Source of the DNA: Polyangiaceae bacterium
Lineage (GTDB): Bacteria > Myxococcota_A > Polyangia > Polyangiales > Polyangiaceae
DNA length: 64,000 nucleotides
Assembly: GCA_965222375.1 (NCBI GenBank)
Contig: CBDCTZ010000008.1
Location: forward strand, 384,001-448,000
Direction: 5' to 3'
Positions 19,301-28,068 of the stretch are shown here, one piece after another. A program made the position numbers and the translations under genes. The notes below the pieces were generated by a model, which saw only the letters and a program-made list of their open reading frames with translations, ran no database searches and was not told the DNA's origin. Every line of letters starts with the position of its first letter. Position 1 is the stretch's first letter.

Positions 19301-21324
19301 CCGGCGCGACCCAAATAGTCCGCCTCCAAAGCGAAGAGACCTGCCTTCGTCTTTGGCTTGTCTTCTAGCTGCGCGCGCTGCCCAACGGCGTTTGCCGCTT
19401 GCTCCCAAACCTGAGCATTCACGAGACAGCGCTCGGCGGCCTGCCACAGGGCGGCATCGTCCGCAGCAGCCGCGGCTTCTGCGAAGGCATCGCCGGCGGC
19501 CACCAAGTCCCTGGCCGCCTCGCGCAGCTCGCCGAGCTTCTTCTGAAGCTGCACCCGCGCCGCACTGTCCTCGACCTCCGCGATGTTGTCCCCAATGCAC
19601 TGCGCGGCCAAGTCTGGGCGCTCGCCGCGCTCGAAGAGTTTGACCGCAGTGGAAAGGGCCGAATCGTCGCCCGGCGCCAAACCTGCGATCCGCGCCCAAG
19701 CTTCCCCGGCAGCGACGGGGTCCTTGCGTTTCTGCTCGTGCAGCTTGGCGAGCTGCTTCTCCATGCTCAGTCGCGCCTCGAGATCCGTGGTCTGCTCCGC
19801 GTCCTGCTCCAGCAGGGTGGCCAAGTCATCCCAACGATGGGCCTTTTCGAGGAGTCTTCGCAGTTGCGTTCGTGGCCCTTCTTCGGAGCGATCCAACGCG
19901 GCAAGCTGCTTCCAGGCATAGATGGCGTTGTCCATGTCCCGCAATTGGGTCTCGCACAGCCCCGCGATCTCGCGCAGCCAGCCTCGCCTCGCCTCACCGT
20001 CCACGCCGGGCGTGCGTGCAGCCGCCAGTAGCATGTCGCGCAAGTCAGCGTACTTGCGCTTCTGCCGCAGGTGCCCTTCCAAGAAGCCAAGAGCGTCCGG
20101 GTTGGACGGGTCCAGTTCCACGATTTCCTGGTAGCGCGCTGCCGCCTCCTGCTTCTTGCCTTTGCGTGCCAGGGCGTCGGCGACTTCCAACAAGCCGCGA
20201 ACACGATCTGGGTTGGGCGCGTCCGCCGGGGGCGCCAGCGCCTCGACGAGTTCGCTGTCGCTCCCGGACTCGCTGGTCACCGCTTCCGTCACGAGACGGC
20301 GCGCGTCCTCCACGATGGCGCCTTGCGGATTCGCACGGAGATAGGCCGCCGCTTTGGGTGCAACTTCGTGCTGTCGGCCGAGTTGTTCGGCGTAATACAG
20401 CGCCAGCTGGATGGCGCGGTCGTTGGCCGGCTCCAGCTCCAATGCGCAAGTCGAGTACGAGTAAGCGTGCTCGCCGGGGTACTCCTCGGCCAGGTCCAGG
20501 AACATCTGCGCTCCCTCCTGAGCCTCTTGAGGGTGCAGGCTTTCACCTTGTTGCACGCGCTCGAGGAGCATCGACGCGAGCTCCTGCTTCAGGCTGGGAT
20601 CCTGCCCTTGATCGATGGAGCAAGCGTTTCGGAGTGCATCCGCGGCGCCGTAGGGGTCCCCAGCGTTCTTTCGAACCTCCGCTTCATCACGGTACAGCTG
20701 AACCTGGCGGTCCGTATCATCCACGAGCGCCAGCTCCATTCCGAAGTACGGAACCGCCTCCGCCCAGCTACCCTGGGACTTCAACGCCTCGCGCACGGAG
20801 TAGATCGCGAACTGACTGCCAGGATCGTACTCCAGCGCTCGCCTGAAGTTGTCGACGGCCTTCTTCGGTTGCGTCAAGGGCGCCTCGGACCACAGCCGGC
20901 CCAGCTCCTCGTGGATGCCGGCAACGTGCGCGCGCATTTCCGAGTCCTGCTGCGCCAGAGGCGCAAGCGCCTTTGCACGCCGTTCGAGGAGGGCGACCAG
21001 CGCTTTGGAATCGCCTTTTTCACGATACAGCTCGCTGAGGCGATCCGCCGCCGCAGACTGGGTCGGATCTCGGTCGATCGCAATCATCAACGCACGCGCA
21101 GCGCGGTGCGCGTCGCCCAGGGTGTCCGCCCAAACCTTCGCCGACTCGGTCAGCCAGTGCGAGGCCAGAGCGGCGTCTGCGGTGGCGGTCCCGACTTTTT
21201 CCAGCAACATTGCATAAGAACGAGGGTCGGCCTGCCCTGCCTGATGCGCGTAGCTCAACGCGTCGCTGTCGTGCGGGTTTTGGACCAAGCGCTGCACGAG
21301 CGCATCCATCTCACGGGGGTCCAT
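16396..21324 (-). CDS. Very large TPR-repeat protein (about 1640 aa) with Pro-rich and acidic C-terminal tail
   Basis: Continuous TPR-like helical repeats; ATG 21324 (MDPREMDALVQRL) is more plausible than the 21759 track start. Confidence 0.85.
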   Translation of the reverse strand: MDPREMDALVQRLVQNPHDSDALSYAHQAGQADPRSYAMLLEKVGTATADAALASHWLTESAKVWADTLGDAHRAARALMIAIDRDPTQSAAADRLSELYREKGDSKALVALLERRAKALAPLAQQDSEMRAHVAGIHEELGRLWSEAPLTQPKKAVDNFRRALEYDPGSQFAIYSVREALKSQGSWAEAVPYFGMELALVDDTDRQVQLYRDEAEVRKNAGDPYGAADALRNACSIDQGQDPSLKQELASMLLERVQQGESLHPQEAQEGAQMFLDLAEEYPGEHAYSYSTCALELEPANDRAIQLALYYAEQLGRQHEVAPKAAAYLRANPQGAIVEDARRLVTEAVTSESGSDSELVEALAPPADAPNPDRVRGLLEVADALARKGKKQEAAARYQEIVELDPSNPDALGFLEGHLRQKRKYADLRDMLLAAARTPGVDGEARRGWLREIAGLCETQLRDMDNAIYAWKQLAALDRSEEGPRTQLRRLLEKAHRWDDLATLLEQDAEQTTDLEARLSMEKQLAKLHEQKRKDPVAAGEAWARIAGLAPGDDSALSTAVKLFERGERPDLAAQCIGDNIAEVEDSAARVQLQKKLGELREAARDLVAAGDAFAEAAAAADDAALWQAAERCLVNAQVWEQAANAVGQRAQLEDKPKTKAGLFALEADYLGRAGDDASAVLRLEQAADLDPMSDAHAKALEERYALAERTSDLVQFLLRRSEKLTNKPERVALRKRAAATQREVLADLEGARETLVLVLSDGDDVETLELLAEDAEERAEFADASEYLHRLAKSAGLPGERKLQILLREAGIVAEGLNDPEGAVERYEHILKTIDEKNLPALDAIAGLHEQRDEPKGQADALERRLKLTEPAEERMDVAQRLAVLYEGPLDDPRAALRVLDIVRELDPEDFDALQRACDLSERLEDWARVAEHLAALAEVEGDEEELSRMTRKLATIQSENLEKGDEALATLMEVADQGDKECREAYVKLGDELGWAGIVATKLVEWHLESPVGPERHEALRGAFERFANVGRDADAAQVAQEVVRTRGADTELAKRLEEIAVKLKDTDALGVAHDFLVQDLSGPSRAEEMVRQAETLLSAGVDSLEAINHGEQALTSVPPDDVDPLLERLSKLAPAPGHVIDLYERQIVRCKAPEDRLNALARAAQVAARHDGLDRARSFFDLALSGGVQDATISTLEDISRATDQDLDEPKLLSVLCEALAAGGQGSRDGGRTRSALLRRAAQLAHRDLDDIERAFQWIGDALVTHVDDDSLEALEALADEVGDLKRGETVLGRALEEVFDGPLVRKLLARRAQLRRDRLDDKPGAAQDLKRLHDLSPSDAGISDDLGALYQELEDWRGMVQLYEDQILRGKDPSSRAELARKVARLWEERLDDPREAADAWRRVLRMKSGDPEATEGLERSKAGMIGRAKEPKPKSEPPEPKAPSQSPPADAGAPPPPAEGETLHTDMDASPAPLAVPPEAEGLVAPGADDDDDGPTLPPSAGDPVAQAHAEDALAGLKPERPDIEFPKADEVTLSASITELDESPTSSVLPPPRSLSSRPPVPISSNPPPVGAPLPPMPDAVVQAVPDFSADEEYDRTIVKPGMADEVAGQEASAEGEVVDDEELIVDDDELFEDEP

Positions 21325-21421
21325 CGCGGCTCGGACGCTATCACGCCGTATCTCCCAGCCGCAACGCGGACTTAGCCTCTCTGGACTGCTTTGGACCCGA
21401 CCCCGAGATTTGCTCCAAATC

Positions 21422-22900
21422 TCACTCGAAGCGGCCGTACCGCCCCGAGCTCGCCGCCGGCTTCGGCGCCGCTGTTTTTGGGGATGCCGGCTTGGGCTTG
21501 GCTGGACGCCGAATCCAGCGCCTAGGTTTGGCCTTGCGGGGCTTGGCCGGAGCCGCGGCGTCCGATTCATCCAGATCGATGGCCTCGTCGACTGCATCCG
21601 AGGATGGCTCTGGCTGCGAGCTGCTCGCCGCGAGGGTCTGCGTCGGGACGGCACCCGTCGCCGCAGCTGCCGTCGGTGCGGCCATCCGGCGCACAGCCCA
21701 GAACCCAAGCACGCCAACCAGCAGCGTCGCCAACACAGCCGCGCCCAACCACACTCCAATCTTCGTCGGCGCTGCCGGAGCTTGGGAGGCGCTGGTGGGT
21801 GGGCCAGCCCAACTGGTCGCGTGCCGTCCGGTCACGTTGGGCAGCATCTCGACAGACGCAGCCTCGAGCTCTGCGGCGAACTGTTCCGCGGACTGGGGTC
21901 GGTGCTCAGGTCGTTTGGCGAGAGCCCGCCGAACGACAGCTTCCAGGGCGGGCGGCACCATCGCTTCCGGCGCCACGCTCGACAGCGCCGGAGGCTCGTC
22001 CTTGATGTGCCTCGCCATGACGACCACCGCGTCATCGTCCACGAAGGGGGCTTGCCCCGCCAGCATTTGGAACAGCATCACGCCCAGGGAGTAGAGATCG
22101 CTGCGAGCGTCCAAGGGCACGCCCTGGGCCTGTTCCGGAGACATATAGCGGGGCGTGCCGAACACCGTGCCCGCCTGAGTTTCCAGCTGATCTACGTGTT
22201 CTGGGTCTGCATGCATCAGCTTCGCGATGCCGAAATCCAAAACTTTGCAGATCTCCTTTTCGCCGGACTCCGACGGTACGCGCATCAAGAACAAGTTGTC
22301 GGGCTTGAGATCCCGATGGATGATCCCTTTGCCGTGCGCTTCTCCCAAGGAGAGCAATGCCTCGCGCGTGAAGCGCACTGCTTCCTCGCCACTCAGGCGT
22401 CCCACGCGCTTCAGGCGGGCGCCGAGGGTTTCGCCCTCGAGAAGCTCCATCGCCATGAACCACGAGCCGTCTTCGGCAACACCGAAATCGAATACCGTGA
22501 CCGTGTGTGGACTGACGAGCGCACTCGTCGCGCGCGCTTCTCGTTCGAAGCGCACGCGGGTCTCGGCATCGTAAGCGCGATCCCCCCGAACGATCTTGAG
22601 CGCAACGTCCCGTCCCACGGCCTCCTGGCGTGCCCGGTACACCGCGCCCATGGACCCAGCACCCAACCGCCCCATGATCACGAAACGACCGGAGACCGTA
22701 GTGCCCAACATGGTGTCGCCCTGCGCGCGATCCAGTTCCCGAATCGGAACGAACGCCAGGCTGTGCTCCGGGCAGCGCGGCACCTTGCCGGGGCCTTGCA
22801 GCGTCCGGGTAGCGCTGGCGTCGAGCAGGCGTCGACAGCTCGGGCACACCTTTGGTGCGCGAGCGCTAGGACGCGCTGCTTGGAAGGAGCCTTGGCCCAT
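21422..22900 (-). CDS. Hanks-type Ser/Thr protein kinase with one TM helix
   Basis: GAGSMG, VALK, HRDLKPDN, DFG, GTPRYMSPE; N-terminal CPSC...CPEH zinc-ribbon-like segment. Confidence 0.95.
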   Translation of the reverse strand: MGQGSFQAARPSARAPKVCPSCRRLLDASATRTLQGPGKVPRCPEHSLAFVPIRELDRAQGDTMLGTTVSGRFVIMGRLGAGSMGAVYRARQEAVGRDVALKIVRGDRAYDAETRVRFEREARATSALVSPHTVTVFDFGVAEDGSWFMAMELLEGETLGARLKRVGRLSGEEAVRFTREALLSLGEAHGKGIIHRDLKPDNLFLMRVPSESGEKEICKVLDFGIAKLMHADPEHVDQLETQAGTVFGTPRYMSPEQAQGVPLDARSDLYSLGVMLFQMLAGQAPFVDDDAVVVMARHIKDEPPALSSVAPEAMVPPALEAVVRRALAKRPEHRPQSAEQFAAELEAASVEMLPNVTGRHATSWAGPPTSASQAPAAPTKIGVWLGAAVLATLLVGVLGFWAVRRMAAPTAAAATGAVPTQTLAASSSQPEPSSDAVDEAIDLDESDAAAPAKPRKAKPRRWIRRPAKPKPASPKTAAPKPAASSGRYGRFE

Positions 22901-22911
22901 GGTTGGCTCTT

Positions 22912-23910
22912 CTAATTTACAGAGCTTTTGCTGGGAACGCAGAGCAAGACGGTCTTTTGTTCGACTCCGACGGGCAAACACGCCAATTCATCGGGGTTTC
23001 CGCAGTCTTTGTCGATGCAGCAGGAGTCCGTGCACAATTTTCCGAGCAGGTTGAAATTCTCGCACTGAGCGGTCTGGCAATCCGCGTCAACCTGGCAGGA
23101 CTCCCCGATGGAAGCGCTGCCGCTGGGGCCATTCGTGAACTTGCACCCGCGAACACCCAGATCCAGGTCGTAGATGCACTCCATGGTGCCGACGTTGCCA
23201 CACTCGCTGCGTTTGCAGCAGGGGCCCGAGCAATAGGTTGGGTTGGCCGTGGCGACGCACGCTTGGCTGCGACAGCTGTCCCCGCTGACGCAATCGGGAG
23301 TGCCGATGTCGCCAACGCCCCCGGGCGGTCCGCAGAAGAAGCCCACTCGCGGCGCCAGATCCGGGATCCCCCGAAGCACGCACGCCTCGTTGCTGCTGCA
23401 ATCGGAGTTGCGGCAGCACATGTCGATGCAGAACCCATTTTCGCACAGACCAGAAGAACAGTCAGAGGGTTGAACACAATTCGAACCGAGCGGCTTGCTG
23501 CCCTTGATTCGATTCACGATTGCAGCGGGGACGCAGACGTTCGCTCCCCCGGTCGACGGCACACAAACCCCCGCGCCACACTCTTCAGAGGTGCAGCAGC
23601 CTTTGGAGCAGAAAAACCCTGGCGCCAAACCAAGGGCAGAACCCTCGGTGCAAAAAAGCCCTGTGTCACACCCTCCATCCGGGCGACACGCTTGCACCAG
23701 CGTGCCGTCGGTCCCAGCGTCCACGCTACAGCCCGCGGGCCCGCAACTACGACACTTGCCCGCCACGCACTGCTGCGCAGCCGGACACGCCGGCGGGCCC
23801 ACGGCTCCCTCGTTGCTGCATCGGACAGGATCGAGTTCGCTGGGAACGATCAGGCTGCAGGACGCGACTGCCGCGACGATCACGCACAGTGCCAACCGCA
23901 CTCTCTTCAA
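22912..23910 (-). CDS. Cys-rich lipoprotein with repeated G..C....DC.S..C....C...CC modules
   Basis: Lipobox VASC after TTG 23910 (overlaps the upstream stop); dense, regularly spaced cysteines. Confidence 0.75.
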   Translation of the reverse strand: MKRVRLALCVIVAAVASCSLIVPSELDPVRCSNEGAVGPPACPAAQQCVAGKCRSCGPAGCSVDAGTDGTLVQACRPDGGCDTGLFCTEGSALGLAPGFFCSKGCCTSEECGAGVCVPSTGGANVCVPAAIVNRIKGSKPLGSNCVQPSDCSSGLCENGFCIDMCCRNSDCSSNEACVLRGIPDLAPRVGFFCGPPGGVGDIGTPDCVSGDSCRSQACVATANPTYCSGPCCKRSECGNVGTMECIYDLDLGVRGCKFTNGPSGSASIGESCQVDADCQTAQCENFNLLGKLCTDSCCIDKDCGNPDELACLPVGVEQKTVLLCVPSKSSVN

Positions 23911-24692
23911 AAGGGCACCCCCACGGAAAGCGTCGCGCCGTGCTTGGTGAGCGCAGCGTTGGCCTTCGCCTTCAGGGGCTCGGTGTCGCGACCGAAGTAG
24001 AGCCACGCTGTCGCGCCGAGGGAGACCGCGCTGATCAAGAACGCGACGTCCGCCACGACAGCGTGTTGGTGTGCTTTCTCCGCGCGGTCCTGTAGCTGCG
24101 CAGCGGAAGTCGAGGCGCTCGTGCGCTCGTCGCTGCTCGGGCGTTCCGCCAACGCCCGCACTCCGAAAACGACGCCGACCAGAGCCGCGGCACCGGCGAT
24201 GCCAGCCGCCGCGTAGGTCCACTCATCGAGCCGTCCGGGGCGCGGCGCTTCTTTGACCACTATGGTGGGGCGATACACGATGGGGGATGGGGCAGACCCT
24301 GACGGCACGGTAGTCGTTTCGTCGATCTCGTCCCGAGCGCCACGCAGGCGCTCGATGGTTCGATCGATGCGGACGATCTCCTGTGGGTCCGTCTCCATCT
24401 TTCGGAAACGCCGAAAATGCACCAGCGCTTGGTCCATGTCTCCAAGCTTTTCGTAGACCAATCCAAGGTTGTATTCGAGGTCCTTGCTCGTGGGGTCCAG
24501 CTTCCGTGCCGCGATCAACTCGTCCACGGCCTCGCGATACACGCCCCGACGGTAGGCGTCCTTGGCGCGGTCGAAATGCTCCTTGGCACTCTGAATCGCC
24601 TCTTCCGTGGGCGCGTCGCTGCCCTGGGCGCGGACTGAAGGAGAAATCCCCGCAAAGGCCAAACAAAGGAGCAAACAACGAAGCAGGCGCAT
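23907..24692 (-). CDS. Secreted TPR protein with C-terminal hydrophobic/outer-membrane segment
   Basis: Signal peptide MRLLRCLLLCLAFAG, TPR (YNLGLVYEKLG), C-terminal LSVGVPF. Confidence 0.8.
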   Translation of the reverse strand: MRLLRCLLLCLAFAGISPSVRAQGSDAPTEEAIQSAKEHFDRAKDAYRRGVYREAVDELIAARKLDPTSKDLEYNLGLVYEKLGDMDQALVHFRRFRKMETDPQEIVRIDRTIERLRGARDEIDETTTVPSGSAPSPIVYRPTIVVKEAPRPGRLDEWTYAAAGIAGAAALVGVVFGVRALAERPSSDERTSASTSAAQLQDRAEKAHQHAVVADVAFLISAVSLGATAWLYFGRDTEPLKAKANAALTKHGATLSVGVPF

Positions 24693-24768
24693 GAGGATGG
24701 GCCCACGATAGCGTAAGTTTGGACGTTTTCGCGCGTTCTCCCTCTCGAATCCCCAAAGGAGGACGCCC

Positions 24769-25401
24769 ATGCTTCGCCAAATTTCGGCCCTTATGCTCAC
24801 CCTCTGCCTGCCCGGGGTGGCGATGGCCCAGCCTTTTGCAGAACCTGCCGAAGGTTCCGGGACCATCGCGACCGACGAACACGGCCACACCCACGATCAC
24901 GGCTATTACGAGCACTACGAGCACTCGGAGGATCCCCCGCTGTCGACCAGCGCAGTGCGAGTGCACACCGGCCCCACCCTCAGGGTCAGCGAGGCCTCGC
25001 CAGCCGGTGGCTTGTTCGCCGCCATCGACATCGGCGAAAAGGCCGCGGGCGTGCGCTTGAGCGGAAGCTGGGTCAGGGTCGGCTCCGACCAAGGGCTCTC
25101 CCAGTATGCGGGCGAACTCTGGATCGACTTCGGCTACGACAAGCGTATTCATCCCATCTTGGGTGCGGGTGCCGGAGCCGCACGTCTGGATAGCGAAGAT
25201 CCCCAAACTGGCAATGTCAGCTCCGAAACAGTGGGGATCGGCATCTTGAGAGGCGCGGTCGAGTACGTGCTGCCGGTTCGCGGGACAGATGCTCGGGCCG
25301 GGCTGGAGGTGCTGGGCGCCGTGCCGGCGATTGGGTCAGAAACGGCAGGCAACCCCAAGCCTTGGATGCTCGTGACCGCGACGGTGGGAATAGGGTTCTG
25401 A
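24769..25401 (+). CDS. Putative outer-membrane beta-barrel protein with His-rich N-terminus
   Basis: GGAGG RBS, signal peptide, alternating beta-strand pattern, terminal VGIGF. Confidence 0.65.
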   Translation: MLRQISALMLTLCLPGVAMAQPFAEPAEGSGTIATDEHGHTHDHGYYEHYEHSEDPPLSTSAVRVHTGPTLRVSEASPAGGLFAAIDIGEKAAGVRLSGSWVRVGSDQGLSQYAGELWIDFGYDKRIHPILGAGAGAARLDSEDPQTGNVSSETVGIGILRGAVEYVLPVRGTDARAGLEVLGAVPAIGSETAGNPKPWMLVTATVGIGF

Positions 25402-25512
25402 GCTGTTGGTTTGATGGTAGTGGCGCCCAGGGATGCGGCGGTTGGACGCCGCGCCTGGATCCCTGTCAGAGACTTTGCCAAGATATGTGGGTCTCGGCGC
25501 CTTGCGAGCCAC

Positions 25513-26421
25513 ATGCCTGACGACCCAATTCCCGATCCCTACGCCAACCAATCCGGTGGCGCGGGCGCATCCCACAAGAAGACCAGCAGCCTCGCCATCC
25601 TATCCCTGACCTCGTCGATCAGCGGGTTCCTGTGTTTCCCGGCGCTCGGCGGCCTGCTCGGCGTAGTGTTGGGCGTTGCCGCCAAGAGCGAAATCTCAAG
25701 GGACAACCGCAGCGGAGGCGGAATGGCGCTCTCTGGCATCGTGCTCGGAGGTCTGAACCTGGTGCTGAGCGCCGCCGCCCTGGCGGCTTTGCTGCTCTGG
25801 TTGCCACGGGGCGTGTCTAGCTCGTCCTCGTCACCACGGGCGCCTGCGACGGTGATTCCCGCACCGCCTCCGGTGGCGCCACCCACGATACCCTTCTCAC
25901 CTCCCAGTGCCACGCCCCCGACGCCTTCGCCGAAAGCCGCGTCCTCCCGAGACCGCAGCGTCACCGTCACAACCGTCGGCAAAGTAGACTTGGTCGATCT
26001 CAGCCGTGATGCGGGAGCCCTGACCAAACTACTCGACGCGCAGCACAAGGCGGCCGCACGCAAGCGTCAGAAACTCGTACTCTGGCTGGTCGTTCCCGAC
26101 TGCAAACCCTGCAATGGCGTGGCTGCATCCTTGCCCGATGCGCGCATGCAGACCGCCCTAGCCGGCACCCGGCTGGTGCGAGTCGACGTACGAGAGTTCG
26201 TTGGGGAGCTCGCCTATCTCGGCCTGCCATCGGACAAGATCCCCGGATTCGCCATACTCAGTAGCGGCAACCGGCCCGTGGACTACGTACATGGTGGCGA
26301 ATGGGACGAGGACGTCGCCGCCAATATCGCCCCGGTGCTCAGCAAATTCGTCCGGGGCTCCTTGTCCAAGCGCCGGCATCCGTGGCGAGGCACCCGGCGC
26401 GACGACGAGACCACCCTCTGA
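25513..26421 (+). CDS. DUF4190-like membrane domain fused to a thioredoxin-like domain
   Basis: TSSLAILSL...GVVLG..A..EI...G.GMA..GIVLG (DUF4190-like); Pro-rich linker; CKPC motif. Confidence 0.7.
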   Translation: MPDDPIPDPYANQSGGAGASHKKTSSLAILSLTSSISGFLCFPALGGLLGVVLGVAAKSEISRDNRSGGGMALSGIVLGGLNLVLSAAALAALLLWLPRGVSSSSSSPRAPATVIPAPPPVAPPTIPFSPPSATPPTPSPKAASSRDRSVTVTTVGKVDLVDLSRDAGALTKLLDAQHKAAARKRQKLVLWLVVPDCKPCNGVAASLPDARMQTALAGTRLVRVDVREFVGELAYLGLPSDKIPGFAILSSGNRPVDYVHGGEWDEDVAANIAPVLSKFVRGSLSKRRHPWRGTRRDDETTL

Positions 26422-26502
26422 ACCGCATCTTCAACGCTCTGAAATCACAGCGAATTCTCAAAGAGACTGCGCTATCTGGTTTTGCTAGACTCTGCCGTCC
26501 GA

Positions 26503-28059
26503 ATGTCGAGCGCCCAGCGTATTGGGACCCCCTTGCCTGTGGGGGCCAGCATCCACCCAGGAACCCTCCGCGCAGAGCTCGAGGAGTCACGTGCCCAGAA
26601 CCGCACGAAGACGCTGCGCGAAGCCGTAGCCGTCATCGTACCGCTCGCCGTAGAAATCGCTGAGCTACACGACGACGGAAAACTCGTCTACGTGCATCCC
26701 TCGAGCGTCGTTCGACGCGAAGACGGCGCTTACCACGTGTCACCCGAGCTCGCGATGACGCCCCCTGTCCTGCCACGGGACAAGGCATGCATGGCGCCAG
26801 AGGAGCGGGCTGGTCGGCCAGGTAACGCACGGGCCAGCGTCTACGCGCTGGGTTGCATGCTCTACGAACTGGTGACCAATCAGCACGTTGGGCCTGGCAT
26901 GCAACGCCCCACAGAAATCGTGCCGGGCTTGCCCCACGACTTCGAGGTGGTGCTGAGCAAGGCACTCGTGGGGGATCCGGAGCACCGCCCCGACGATCTG
27001 CGAGCGCTGGCCCAGGCGATCCACCATTTGGCACCCGGCGACACGCTCGCACCGCCACCCGCGGATGAATCCCACTTAGATCATCAGGGCGATTTTGCCG
27101 TGGACGTCAGCATGTCCATGTTGCCGCCAGAACCATCCAACCCCTTAGCTGCAGCGGCGCTCTCCTCGCCTTACGGGACCGCTGTTTCCGATGCGCAACC
27201 CAGTTCCCAACGCTCGGATTCGACATCGGAGCTGGCCGCCCTGAAAGCGCGGCTGGAGCGGGACAAGCGGCCGCGTTACGTCGTGATCAAGGAGGGCATG
27301 GATCACGGCCCCTTCAGCGCCGTCGAGCTACTGCAACAGATCGCGAGTCACACCTTCGAGGATGATGATGTCCTGCGCGACGCTTTTAGCAAAGACGAGC
27401 GCGCGATCAAGGACTGGGAAGAATTCGCTCCTTTCGCAGAGCATGCTCGACTCCATCGCGACATCAAAGCCGAAAAGGAAGCCATCGAACGAGTGGTCGT
27501 CGAGGAGCGCAAGAGCACGACCAGCAAGGCACTGATCGGAACCGCGATCGTCGGCGCCCTTGTCGCCGCTGCCGCTGTTTGGTTTTTGACCCAGCGCGGG
27601 TCCAAAGACGACAGCATCGCGGTCCACGGTGAGACCGTAACGAACATCGAGACGGAAGCAGGGCTGAAGGTCAAGAAGAAGAAGCGTCGCGGAGGTAGGG
27701 GCGGGGTCGTTGGATCCAGCAACGGGATCCCAATCCTGGCCGGCGGCACCAGTTGCGAAGGCGCCGTCGCGGCGTACAACGAGGAAATCAGCATTGGCGG
27801 CGCACGGGGGCCTGCAGACCTCACCGCCGGACAGTACGGCTCCGTGCTCAACACGGGGTCCTACTTCGGCCACTGCGGTGTACCCGGCGACATGGAGGTC
27901 TACATCTGCGCCGCTGTTCAGAATGGTCGGGCGGTCGGGGTGTCTGTGCGCACGAAACCAAAGAATGCGGGAATCGCTTCCTGCGTGGCTGGAGGTGTGC
28001 GGGGGTTGTCCTTTCCCAGCCACCCGAAGCTGGACGTCACGCGTACCGCTTTCAAGTGA
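26503..28059 (+). CDS. Kinase C-lobe (pseudokinase) + GYF-like + TM + AgmX/PglI-C-terminal-like protein
   Basis: MAPEE, SVYALGCMLYEL and PEHRP are retained but there is no N-lobe, HRD or DFG; HGPFSAVEL GYF-like motif; TM helix; C-terminal AVQNGRAVGV...CVAGGVRGLSFP. Confidence 0.7.
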   Translation: MSSAQRIGTPLPVGASIHPGTLRAELEESRAQNRTKTLREAVAVIVPLAVEIAELHDDGKLVYVHPSSVVRREDGAYHVSPELAMTPPVLPRDKACMAPEERAGRPGNARASVYALGCMLYELVTNQHVGPGMQRPTEIVPGLPHDFEVVLSKALVGDPEHRPDDLRALAQAIHHLAPGDTLAPPPADESHLDHQGDFAVDVSMSMLPPEPSNPLAAAALSSPYGTAVSDAQPSSQRSDSTSELAALKARLERDKRPRYVVIKEGMDHGPFSAVELLQQIASHTFEDDDVLRDAFSKDERAIKDWEEFAPFAEHARLHRDIKAEKEAIERVVVEERKSTTSKALIGTAIVGALVAAAAVWFLTQRGSKDDSIAVHGETVTNIETEAGLKVKKKKRRGGRGGVVGSSNGIPILAGGTSCEGAVAAYNEEISIGGARGPADLTAGQYGSVLNTGSYFGHCGVPGDMEVYICAAVQNGRAVGVSVRTKPKNAGIASCVAGGVRGLSFPSHPKLDVTRTAFK

Positions 28060-28068
28060 GCTGAAGCA

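Noticed and set aside
21325..21759. N-terminal extension of the giant TPR ORF in the track (also the extended starts of proA, iscS, pyrF, rlmB, mrfB and ccmC)
   Set aside because: The extensions overlap neighbouring genes and are low-complexity read-through; downstream starts fit the family N-termini
16610..22915. Long antisense ORFs (e.g. 20071-21375, 21410-22915), and similar ones such as 28449-29564 and 56036-57727
   Set aside because: These are shadow ORFs expected from high-GC codon bias opposite well-supported genes, with no recognisable motifs
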